A stretch of 64,000 bases of DNA from Sedimentisphaerales bacterium (GTDB lineage Bacteria; Planctomycetota; Phycisphaerae; Sedimentisphaerales; SM23-30), in NCBI GenBank assembly GCA_963663965.2, contig CAXXFK010000011.1, positions 128,001-192,000 on the forward strand, written 5' to 3'. Both the position numbers and the translations under genes were made by a program. Below, one piece after another: positions 44,386 through 53,358 of the stretch; the stretch's first letter is position 1; each line of letters opens with the position of its first letter. The notes beneath the pieces are model-generated. The model saw nothing but the letters and a program-made list of their open reading frames with translations. It ran no database searches and was not told the DNA's origin.

Positions 44386-45668
44386 ATGAAATACGTTACG
44401 ACATCTATCCCCAAAATAACCGGTCTGTTTCTGATGCTGGCGGCGGTGGGCCTTCTGACCGGGTAATGTTTATGGTGCATCCGTCGTCCAGATAACCTAT
44501 CTCCAGAACGACATTAAGGTCGGGAGCGCCACATATACGGGCAAAGATGGAGGCCCCGGATCAGATCCGCTTGATTACTGGGCATTGATCACCCGCCCGC
44601 CTGAAATCGTCCCTGTTGGTGTGACGATCATGCCGGACGAAAAAGACGAAAAAGTCGCCACCGTAAAGGGCTGAATCCGCATTTCCCTTACCATACGAAA
44701 TTCTATCAACATGGGTATCATTGAACTCGATTCACTTCGATTGCTCGAAACGACATGAAATCCGATGGCTGGTATGTTCCAGGCGACGAATATCAGCGCA
44801 TTCATAACATCATTAAAAACAGCTTGAAAGATACGATCACGGTGCAATACAAAAGGGTTACGATAAACTGTTCCAGGCGTTTTATATCTTGCCGGATAAG
44901 TCTGCCCCAGCGAGACCGGCGGTGTACTGGGGCGTACTCGGCGCCGAACCGCCTGTGGTTGACTTCATCAAGGTCCAACCCGACAAACCGGGCGGCAAGT
45001 TGGCCACATTGAGTGGCGATATCAAGATTGTACTGGATCCGAACCCCTATATTAAACTGGCTGGAAACGACCGCTATCCGGGACATGTCAAACTGGATTC
45101 CCTCAAGCTTGTTCGGAACCATCCAAACTCAAACAAATGGTACCTTCCGGAAGACGAACTGCGGCGCGTTGTCGGCCTGGTCGGCGTCACAATGCCCGTG
45201 ACGCAAACCGAAAATCAGACTCTGCCCAGGGATGTTCCGCCTGTCATGGGAACGGCAATTTTTGTTCCTGCTGTTGAACAGAAAGATGACCTCGAATGGT
45301 CGATCAGGCTTGCAGTACCGAAAGTAGCATGGCAGATAGTCGACAAGTTCCAACCGAAAAAACAATGGCCCAGTTTAAAAGTAACCGTTCAGGAGTCTAC
45401 ACTGGAACTTCAGATGGGACACCATCCAGAATCGCAATTGAGCGGGAGCGTTCAAAACTGGATTCTGGATTTTAACGGTAAAAAGCTAAACCGCGATGAG
45501 GCCAGGCGCCGACTTTCCGTAAAAAACGCCAGTACTCGTGTCGGTTTCAGGCAATATGCCCGATCCTTTTTACCTGCAATGCACGAAACCGGACACCCTC
45601 ATCGTAATACTGGGAATCCCTCACTATCCGGCCCGCAATGGCTCCCATGCCGGGCAGTAACGGAATAG
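44386..45668 (+). pseudogene. Decayed secreted protein with an internal domain duplication
   Basis: Signal-like MKYVTTSIPKITGLFLMLAAVGLLTG, then several frameshifts and an in-frame TGA. Two similar units: YW.L...PP...PD....K.AT..G.I.I.L...LDSL.L......WY.P.DE..R. Confidence 0.6.
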
Positions 45669-45775
45669 ACATCATTTAAGGCGTGATAGTCATGCCTGAC
45701 AACAGGATAGTACCACTCTTTTTTCCTTAATGTTCTCGATAAAACACAGTGCCTATTATTTTTCTTAAATTCCAC

Positions 45776-46105
45776 CTATTCTGCCTTTTCACACATCACA
45801 GGCAATGTAAAGGAGTATCCAGGATCAGGGTAAACGCCGTGAATCGCATATACGGCCACCTCACTGCAATCATCCCCCATCATGACATAGCTCGGAAAAC
45901 AAGACACATTCCCTGTGTCAAAAGCTGAAATCAAGTAATCTTTCTCAACCCAAAGCGGACCTGTTATCCCGGAAAACATCTTATACAATTCGATTTCTTC
46001 TTCAGTCGCATTCTGCCATCCCGTCAGAAATTTTATCAAATGTTGTTTGCTCACATTAGTTTATGCTTGGGAACATAATATCCTGATGTACTTGTGATTT
46101 TTCAT
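45776..46105 (-). pseudogene. Small hypothetical gene, possibly interrupted by TAA at 46061-46063
   Basis: ORF 45776..46054 is in frame with ATG 46105, which lies 47 nt from motif copy 4. Confidence 0.35.
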
Positions 46106-46152
46106 TTTGGCAAAATTTTATCTTGAATGGTATACCGTTTACGTTTGAAAAG

Positions 46153-46212
46153 ACCCGCATGGACGTAAAATAAGTCTTTTACGAGGCATTACTTATGTTG
46201 CGAACGATTGGG
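46153..46212 (-). promoter_or_regulatory. Copy 4 of the 60-bp conserved intergenic motif
   Basis: acccgcatggacgtaaaataagtcttttacgaggcattacttatgttgcgaacgattggg; aligns without gaps to the other three copies. Confidence 0.65.
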
Positions 46213-46336
46213 CATTCCATCCCCATTGGGTATAAAATATTTAACTGGTTACAAATGAATGGTCTGGAATAATATCCGTTGCTTACCGATTTCACTCCTT
46301 AAATCTCCCGTCATCAAACGATAGAGTTCGTTTTAT

Positions 46337-46708
46337 TCAGTCGGGATTTAACAGCGTCTCAGAAACCAGATTCATCAGACCATCAATGGAATAAGGCTTA
46401 TACAGCGTGGGCAATCCTGTTTCTTCGATCTTTTCCAGAATCATAGGATCAACCGTACCGGTCATGATTATGACAGGAATCCGTCCGTGTTGATAAATCG
46501 CCTCGATCGCTTGAAGCCCATTGATATCATCCTCCAGAAAGACATCCATCAGAATGAGATTCGGTTTTAACAAGATGGCCTTTTCAATCACCGCCCGCCC
46601 CGTAGAGACGATGTCGCATATGACATACCCCATGCGGCTCAGGCATGTTTTGAGTAGAATCCCGATCAGGGCTTCATCTTCAGCTATGAGTATTGTTTTT
46701 TCCCCCAT
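46337..46708 (-). CDS. Single-domain response regulator (receiver)
   Basis: ILIAEDE; PNLILMDV (phospho-Asp); PVIIMTG; KP. Confidence 0.93.
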   Translation of the reverse strand: MGEKTILIAEDEALIGILLKTCLSRMGYVICDIVSTGRAVIEKAILLKPNLILMDVFLEDDINGLQAIEAIYQHGRIPVIIMTGTVDPMILEKIEETGLPTLYKPYSIDGLMNLVSETLLNPD

Positions 46709-47772
46709 CGTTTTTCTTCCTTTTCAATGCTCAAAAAGTGAACTCGATAGGTTGTTCCTGTCGAACGGTCAATTTCTATCCGTCCTCTCAATTGCTGCAC
46801 CAGGGCGCTGATCAATTGAAAACCGAGGGTTACGGGCTCTTCGAAAGTAATATGTGCGGGTAATCCAATCCCGTTATCACTGTAAACAAGGCAATAATTC
46901 CTTTCAGCCTCTTCCCGGAGATCAATTCGAATAGCCGGTTCGGGGATATTGACAAAGGCGTGCTTGAGGGAGTTGGTGATCATTTCATTAACCAGCAGAC
47001 CCACCGGCACCGCCGTGTCAATATTCACGGCCCCGCAGGTAATCTGGATGATTGAATGTATGGTTCGATGGGGATTCGTCCAGGCTCGTATTAATTCCTG
47101 AGTAATCTGGGTCAGATAGGGCTCGACTTCAATGCGGTGCAGGTTCTTTGAACGGCAAAACTGCTCATGCACTACTCCCAAAGCCCGGATTCGGTCGGCA
47201 GTATCCTTCAAAGTCTTGCTGACCAGCTCGTTGTCAATGAACTCACCTTGTAACCGGATCAGGGAAGAGATCACCTGAAGATTATTCTTAACCCGGTGAT
47301 GCAGTTCCTGTAATAGAATATTCTTGTCGGCCAGACTGCGTTCAAGATGTTCTTCCATCTCTTTTCGTTGCCGGATCTCCTCCTGCAATGAACTGGTGCG
47401 TTCTATTACCTTTTGCTCCAGCTCCCGGTGATATTCATTCAAATATTCCAGCACCTTGATTTGCCGCACGACACCGGCATACTCTCCTTGATCAAATACC
47501 GCCAGAACTGCCAGATGATGCTGTTGCATTTGCACCAATGCCTCTTCCAGATTCGCCTCGGCGTCTATCACCGGACGCCGGCGCAGGCAATCAGCGATCA
47601 GGCGATGCTGAAACCTGACAACATCCAACGGAATCAGAATCCCTTGATAAACACCTTTCTTGTCAACCACAACAATATATCCGGCTTTCAACAGCGTCGA
47701 TTCCACAGCCTCAACACTAACCTCAGGCGGAAATACCGTTTGAGGAATTTCCATGAAATGCTTAACCTGCAT
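46684..47772 (-). CDS. Cytoplasmic CBS-domain sensor histidine kinase (HisKA_2 type)
   Basis: N-terminal CBS pair; ELHHRVKNNLQVISSL; NEMITNSLKHAF; DNGIG; LGFQLI..L..QL.G. Probable start ATG 47772. Confidence 0.92.
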   Translation of the reverse strand: MQVKHFMEIPQTVFPPEVSVEAVESTLLKAGYIVVVDKKGVYQGILIPLDVVRFQHRLIADCLRRRPVIDAEANLEEALVQMQQHHLAVLAVFDQGEYAGVVRQIKVLEYLNEYHRELEQKVIERTSSLQEEIRQRKEMEEHLERSLADKNILLQELHHRVKNNLQVISSLIRLQGEFIDNELVSKTLKDTADRIRALGVVHEQFCRSKNLHRIEVEPYLTQITQELIRAWTNPHRTIHSIIQITCGAVNIDTAVPVGLLVNEMITNSLKHAFVNIPEPAIRIDLREEAERNYCLVYSDNGIGLPAHITFEEPVTLGFQLISALVQQLRGRIEIDRSTGTTYRVHFLSIEKEEKRWGKKQYS

Positions 47773-48121
47773 GGCCTTCGTCTTCGGATAACTCAATATT
47801 ATCGTAACTGACTCGAACCTTGAAATCCACCTTCACAATTTCACCCTTGACTATATATGGGAAAACCCGGTCCTTCAATATCTTCATGACTTTTTCAAGG
47901 GAAATCCGTTTGAGAATTCGCTTGTTAATGATCAGAATCTCAACCAGATCATCTTCAATCTCGATTATCTCAAACTGATCCGGCTGCAGCAAATTCATAC
48001 TTCCCGTCAGACCAATTTTACCATGCGGGGATTTCTGTGTGACAACCAGGATGTCCTGAAACGGCGGTACCGCTACGTTTTCAAATGACATGCTTAATGA
48101 ATAGTTCTTACTTCCATTCAT
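47762..48121 (-). CDS. Hypothetical protein overlapping the kinase start (probable translational coupling)
   Basis: 119-aa ORF with ordinary globular composition; its stop overlaps the kinase start. Confidence 0.7.
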   Translation of the reverse strand: MNGSKNYSLSMSFENVAVPPFQDILVVTQKSPHGKIGLTGSMNLLQPDQFEIIEIEDDLVEILIINKRILKRISLEKVMKILKDRVFPYIVKGEIVKVDFKVRVSYDNIELSEDEGHAG

Positions 48122-48508
48122 CTCTTGATTTTCCTTTCACAGATGACCTTGGCTTAAAACGAAATGCCTAGTTTTTAGTTATAAAAACGAATAACTTTAT
48201 TACACTATAAGTATTCTACCTGCTGACATCTTTCTGAAGCAAGCAAATACTATAAACAATATAGTTCGAAAAGTGCGATACCATGGCATGATTCATAGGG
48301 TCGGGCATTGGCAACTAAACTTTTTCATAGGAAACCAGAGGAAACCATGGACAGTCATCGTTTTTCTGTTCCATTATTCTTGCCCCTTGCCATTTTTAAT
48401 GGTGACGGTCCTTAGTTTCCTGATGCGGTCGCGAAGATAATGATGTTTGCCATGTTATCTAACCCTAGGCCATGAGTTTCGTTTCTTAATGTCTTAAACG
48501 GAAGCCTG

Positions 48509-48538
48509 GTAGGATGGGCAAACTTGTTTTGCCCATGC
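48509..48538 (+). repeat. GTAG-type REP-like palindrome
   Basis: GTAG-G-ATGGGCAAA-cttgt-TTTGCCCAT-gc. Confidence 0.6.
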
Positions 48539-48682
48539 TGATCAAAACAACTTCCCTTCCACATCTTCCACATTCCTCCGGCAGGCTCAACGCTTCGGCC
48601 ACATCGCCGGCCATCAATCGTTCAATATACTCTGAACTGCCATATTTGGCAATAGTCGAATACGGCCACTCATCCGCCCGCT

Positions 48683-48716
48683 GGCTTTATAAAACACAGG
48701 GCTTTATAAAACACAG
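48683..48716. repeat. Perfect 17-bp tandem duplication
   Basis: ggctttataaaacacag, two copies. Confidence 0.9.
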
Positions 48717-49175
48717 TGATCATTATTTTGTTGACAACACCCAAAATCAACATAATTCTCTAAATAATAAACCATTAAGAACAAAACCACCGATTTTTCT
48801 TTCTAATATTAGCTGCTACAAAAAAATAAATCCACAATTATTATGTTGTATAAAAAAATACATAATATTTAATTTGCTTTCAAATATAACTCGGTCTATA
48901 ATCCCACAGTCGCCCCAATAGCCCTCAAACCATCCGCCTGAACCAGGCGTGCCTCGCCCCAACCGGCCACGCCCGCAGACTACCTCTGCGCATAGACCGT
49001 GGCACCTTCAAGCGTAGCAAAGCGAAGCTTGTGGGTGCATACTTGGCCCAGGAAGCTATCTGCTGCAGATCAGACCCAACCAGCCAATTTATTTGGCTGT
49101 TAATAAGGTACGACGAAATGGAAACCAGCAAAAACAACACAACCCGGCAACCCAGCCATAAAAAGGCTTGAAAAC

Positions 49176-49332
49176 GTAGCATGGGCTTCCAGCCCATGTC
49201 TTTTGTTCCCCGTAGATCATGGACAACCCCCGGTTGCCCATGCCGTAGGTCCGCCTCAGGAGGACGGATACCCAAAGCAGCCCAACGGGCCGGCATAAAA
49301 TAGCCCAGGGCAGAGCGAGTCCCGATCCATCG
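49176..49332 (+). repeat. Cluster of REP-like palindromes
   Basis: GTAG-CATGGGC-ttcca-GCCCATG (49176-49198); CATGGACAAC..GTTGCCCATG; CCCAGGG...GTCCCGAT-cc-ATCGGGAC...CCCTGGG. Confidence 0.6.
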
Positions 49333-49617
49333 GGACGAGCGCCACCCTGGGTAACGATCATGAGATTGAAATTTTTAATCCACGCCTCGCAGAGGCGTAC
49401 CGCCAGGATATCTCGCAAAAGAGATAGATAAAACTAATCATGAGCGCAGCGAATACCAACAAAAAAACGAAACAAACCCAACATGAAAAAACATCACTCT
49501 AACCTGAACAACGAACCGAACTTAACGAAAAATAAAACCAACATCCGCCTCTTGGCGGATACCACAATTTTGCATTTTAAATTCTAAACTTTAAATTTCT
49601 AAACAGGAGGTACTACC

Positions 49618-50457
49618 ATGTCATCGTCACTAAGAAGACTCAGAGCCAACCGTCGCAACGCCCAGAAATCCACCGGACCCAAAACCCCCGAGGGCAAGGC
49701 CATCTCGTCGAAGAATGCCATCAAGCACGGCCTCAGTGGCCAGGACCCCGCCCATCTCATTGTCCCCGGCGAGTCCGAACTCACCTACCTCGAATTCCGC
49801 GCCGCGCTCCTGCAAGACCTCAAACCCACCACCTATCTCCAGCGCCACATCGCCGACCAGATCGTTTCCGCCGCCTGGCGCCTTGAACGCCTCGGCCGCA
49901 TCGAAGCTGAAATGATCGACGCCCGCGTTTACAAACTCCGACTCACCAACGAAGAAATCCGCAAAGACACCGTCATCGACCAGCCCTTCGCCCATTCGAG
50001 TATCTACCTGCCCCGCCACAACGAAGTCGGCACCGCCTTCACCCTCGAAACCCCCGCCTTCAACTGCCTGGCCCACTACGAAGCCCACCTCAACCGAACC
50101 TTCCAGGCCAATCTTAAGCTCCTGCAAAAGTTGCAATTACAACAAAAACCAAACGAACCCAATGCCTACCCCCCAGAGTACCCATTTCCCGATTTACCCC
50201 GCGTCCACATCCCCGATCCACCCAGAATCCCCACACACCCCAGCGAAGCCAAATTGGCCCCCGAATACATCAAAGACCGACTCCCCGAATTGATGAAAGA
50301 CCACAGCGTAACTGACGACCAGGTCTTCAGTTACGCCTGCAACCGCTACGAAGCCCTCAACGATTTCGCCAACCAGAACGGCGAAGAAGCCCTCCACGCC
50401 CTCGGCATCCCCACCAAACCACCAGCCGACATCCCCATCCAGGAGGTTAAAAAATAA
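49618..50457 (+). CDS. Uncharacterised protein of the ANRRNAQKSTGPKTPEGK...NAxKHG family
   Basis: AGGAGG RBS; recognisable N-terminal family motif; AAWRLERL; YE.HL.R; KPNEPN. Confidence 0.85.
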   Translation: MSSSLRRLRANRRNAQKSTGPKTPEGKAISSKNAIKHGLSGQDPAHLIVPGESELTYLEFRAALLQDLKPTTYLQRHIADQIVSAAWRLERLGRIEAEMIDARVYKLRLTNEEIRKDTVIDQPFAHSSIYLPRHNEVGTAFTLETPAFNCLAHYEAHLNRTFQANLKLLQKLQLQQKPNEPNAYPPEYPFPDLPRVHIPDPPRIPTHPSEAKLAPEYIKDRLPELMKDHSVTDDQVFSYACNRYEALNDFANQNGEEALHALGIPTKPPADIPIQEVKK

Positions 50458-50683
50458 GGGTACCAAAAACCGTTACAAATACGAAGATTTATTCACGGAT
50501 CAGGCATTTTAGCTGATTCGCACGGAGCCAATGCGCAACGACTACCAGGCAGTCATTAACAACTGGAAAATCCATGCTGAACCGTAAATGAATTAACTCA
50601 ATGCAAGATAATTTTAAGATGCCATTGATCGAACTTGTCAAAACCCGATGGCTCTCCCTTAAAAACTGATCAGGTATCCATAT

Positions 50684-50719
50684 AAAAAAAGACCTGACAA
50701 TTTATACCGTCAGGCCTTT
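50684..50719 (-). terminator. Intrinsic terminator downstream of 50747..53002
   Basis: Minus strand AAAGGCCTGAC-loop-GTCAGGTCTTTTTTT. Confidence 0.8.
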
Positions 50720-50746
50720 GGTTTATCATCAATTATAATATTGCGG

Positions 50747-53002
50747 TTACCGCGCTTGTTCAAGAATCAGCTTACTGGTTTCACCGCTTGGCAAATTCAG
50801 CGAACCATAAGCTTGAGCGGCCATATTCCTCAATTCGACGTCGACATCTTTCGAATTCACGATATCGGTATAAATGCTGAGAATCTGTTCTGAAGCCAGC
50901 AGATTACCGTATTGTCTGGCGGAGATGGAAAGGTTGGCAAACGACAGTTTCCGAACAACGAGGTCCAGAGCGCTGTCAAGCGCCATATCGGCCAGACTGC
51001 GTTGCGAGGGCATGGAATTGAGATGCGCCAGCGATTCAATTGCGGCAATCTGGATATCAGGGCGAGAATCGCGTAAAGCCTCTATAAGAGCGCTTTCTGC
51101 GTCAATAATGGGCAGTACTTTATTATGGGTCAGGGCCAGTTCACGCAGGGTCATCGCGGCTGATCCGGCATAGAAATCGGCCAGATCCGCAGAAAAGGCC
51201 ACTGCATTATTCGTTTTCAGAATGGCATCAACTGCGCTGAAAATATCCTGTTCAGGTGAATTGATCGGCAATACCTGGACAAAAGACATTTCCGTAACAC
51301 GATTCCGGATCACCGAAAGCTTTTCCGGCTCAGCCAGAATAATTGTTGGACAAAATGCCAGTCGATAATCTTTTTTAATGCTGGCCAGCACTTCATCCAG
51401 ACTGGGATGCTGAATATTATCCGTCAGGATCATAACATCTAAACTTGGAGACTTAATCACGCGTTGCAGTGCCCTGGAATAGAATTCATCATTTTCGATA
51501 CCATCAAAACCTGCCTCACGCAGCTTCAAGGTGATTCGGCTGCGTAGTTCGGCATCCGGACTGGCGACCAGGGCATAGCGACGTCCATGCTGACGCAAAG
51601 CTTCACCAAGAATTTGAACCACCTGTTCACGCCCTTCAAACACTTTTCCAGGCAGCAGGCCTCCAATGGCAAGCGCCGCGGCAAAACGTACCTGACGATC
51701 AGAAAAACTCATGGCGTCAATTAATGGACGCTTATTTTCCAATTCGAACAAAAGCGCTTCCTGACCGGCATTGCGATTCAGTACCTTGATAGCCTCCAGG
51801 GCTACCGGACGATTGTTATCATTTAGCGCTCTTGCCAGTACGCGATGGAGATATTCCGGTCCGGCAGTCAAAGCGTAGGTGGACGCGTCAGCATGGCCGG
51901 GACCAGCCTCAGGTAGCATTCCGGTATTCTGGCAGAGATAATCCTTGATTTTATGTTCATGACGGGCGTCAAAGTATGCCGGTTGTTGAAAACCCTCTGT
52001 CTCCAGACGGAAAAATGCGGATAGCCACAAGGCTATCGAATCCGGCCGGCTTTTATCCAGTCGAACGGCATCTTCCGCGGCTCTCATGGCCATCAGTTCT
52101 TCAAAAGCGTCACGGGGTACAACTTCCCGGAACAATCCGACGCGGCTATCCCAGAACCAGATATTGGCCTGGTCCATATGGGCAGGCGCCATCAATGATG
52201 GTTCGTGATTATAGTAATCCAGCGCATTTTTTTCGAATAAACCGGCAGCGGATATATCCGTTGGCAGCATATTCGATGCGATCTGTTTAAATGTACGAAT
52301 CGCAATATTCTTCAATTCGGGGGTTGCCTGCTCGTCTTCAATGATCGCCTTGATATAAGGTAACGCTTCTGGATATCCGATTTTCCCTAAAACCTCCAGC
52401 ATAATCATCTGCAAGCTCAAGTCGCCACTGCGCTGAAGAACCACCAGTAACGGTTTCACTGCAGATTTGCCAATCTGAGGCAGCGCCCACCGAATAACAT
52501 CGAGTTCTTCCGAACGCTCAGGATCCCGTAACGCGGCAACCATAACCGGAATGGCGTATTCACCGGAATCTTTTAAACGCTCCAACGCCAACATACGCCC
52601 GCGCGTGGTACTGGATAATCGTTTGACTTCTGTGGCGATCCGTTCCACCTCAGTAGCTTTTTGACGACGCCCTTCTTCAACCAGTTTCAGAATATCTTCT
52701 GCAACGGCTTTCAACGGCGTGTCTTTTTGAAGCAGAATCAAATCACGATAGGCATTGGCATAACGGCTGCTTTCGGCCAGATCCAGTAACTGGATCGGAT
52801 CCGGTTGCGCTTCGATCAATGCCTGGCCAGTCGCAATCGCCACTTCCCAGTTGCCAATGACGGCATAATGCATGAAATCATCCCAGAGCTGACGGGTCTG
52901 CTGCGATTTATCCTGGCTGATTGCCTGTCCGCATAAACACAAACCTGACAGAAGCGTCAGAGCTACGATCTTGATAATACGGTTCTGGATCATTCGTAAC
53001 AT
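50747..53002 (-). CDS. Exported HEAT/PBS-repeat protein with a receiver-like insert
   Basis: Signal peptide; repeats such as GEYAIPVMVAAL, GKSAVKPLL, LGKIGYPEALPYI, VRFAAALAI and IQIAAIESLAHL. Confidence 0.8.
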   Translation of the reverse strand: MLRMIQNRIIKIVALTLLSGLCLCGQAISQDKSQQTRQLWDDFMHYAVIGNWEVAIATGQALIEAQPDPIQLLDLAESSRYANAYRDLILLQKDTPLKAVAEDILKLVEEGRRQKATEVERIATEVKRLSSTTRGRMLALERLKDSGEYAIPVMVAALRDPERSEELDVIRWALPQIGKSAVKPLLVVLQRSGDLSLQMIMLEVLGKIGYPEALPYIKAIIEDEQATPELKNIAIRTFKQIASNMLPTDISAAGLFEKNALDYYNHEPSLMAPAHMDQANIWFWDSRVGLFREVVPRDAFEELMAMRAAEDAVRLDKSRPDSIALWLSAFFRLETEGFQQPAYFDARHEHKIKDYLCQNTGMLPEAGPGHADASTYALTAGPEYLHRVLARALNDNNRPVALEAIKVLNRNAGQEALLFELENKRPLIDAMSFSDRQVRFAAALAIGGLLPGKVFEGREQVVQILGEALRQHGRRYALVASPDAELRSRITLKLREAGFDGIENDEFYSRALQRVIKSPSLDVMILTDNIQHPSLDEVLASIKKDYRLAFCPTIILAEPEKLSVIRNRVTEMSFVQVLPINSPEQDIFSAVDAILKTNNAVAFSADLADFYAGSAAMTLRELALTHNKVLPIIDAESALIEALRDSRPDIQIAAIESLAHLNSMPSQRSLADMALDSALDLVVRKLSFANLSISARQYGNLLASEQILSIYTDIVNSKDVDVELRNMAAQAYGSLNLPSGETSKLILEQAR

Positions 53003-53293
53003 TCTCCAAAAATCGGAAAAAGTAGCTCAACAATCAAAATGGGTGGTACTGATCTCGGGATTGCTGAGAGGCGAGGAAACTACAAAAGTTATAAAACACT
53101 TATATTCAAGAGGTTAACAAGATAGTAATATTCTAGATTATAAAGACGACACCTCGTTTGTCAATTAAAAAACAGCCCATGCCTGAACAAAATGATGGAT
53201 AGCATTGACTCGTGAAATACCCCGGACTATCGATCTGATAATTACATGATCTTGAGTCATTGAATGTCATTTCTAACAACCGGAAAATCTAAG

Positions 53294-53323
53294 AAAAAAC
53301 CGCAATCAGCTAATGATTGCGGC
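53294..53323 (-). terminator. Intrinsic terminator downstream of 53359..54378
   Basis: Minus strand CCGCAATCA-ttagc-TGATTGCGG followed by TTTTTT. Confidence 0.8.
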
Positions 53324-53358
53324 ATCCGTAAAGTAATATTCTATAAATAGTTATGCTT

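Noticed and set aside
31132..46212. 60-bp motif as a c-di-GMP-I riboswitch, integron attC site or CRISPR repeat
   Set aside because: It lacks the GEMM GGCAAA/GAAA-tetraloop core and the RYYYAAC/GTTRRRY ends. The copies are kilobases apart, with no integrase or cas gene in the window.
48514..49418. ORFs 48514..48921, 48925..49296 and 49089..49418
   Set aside because: They run through palindromic repeats and AT-rich sequence and show no protein-like motifs.
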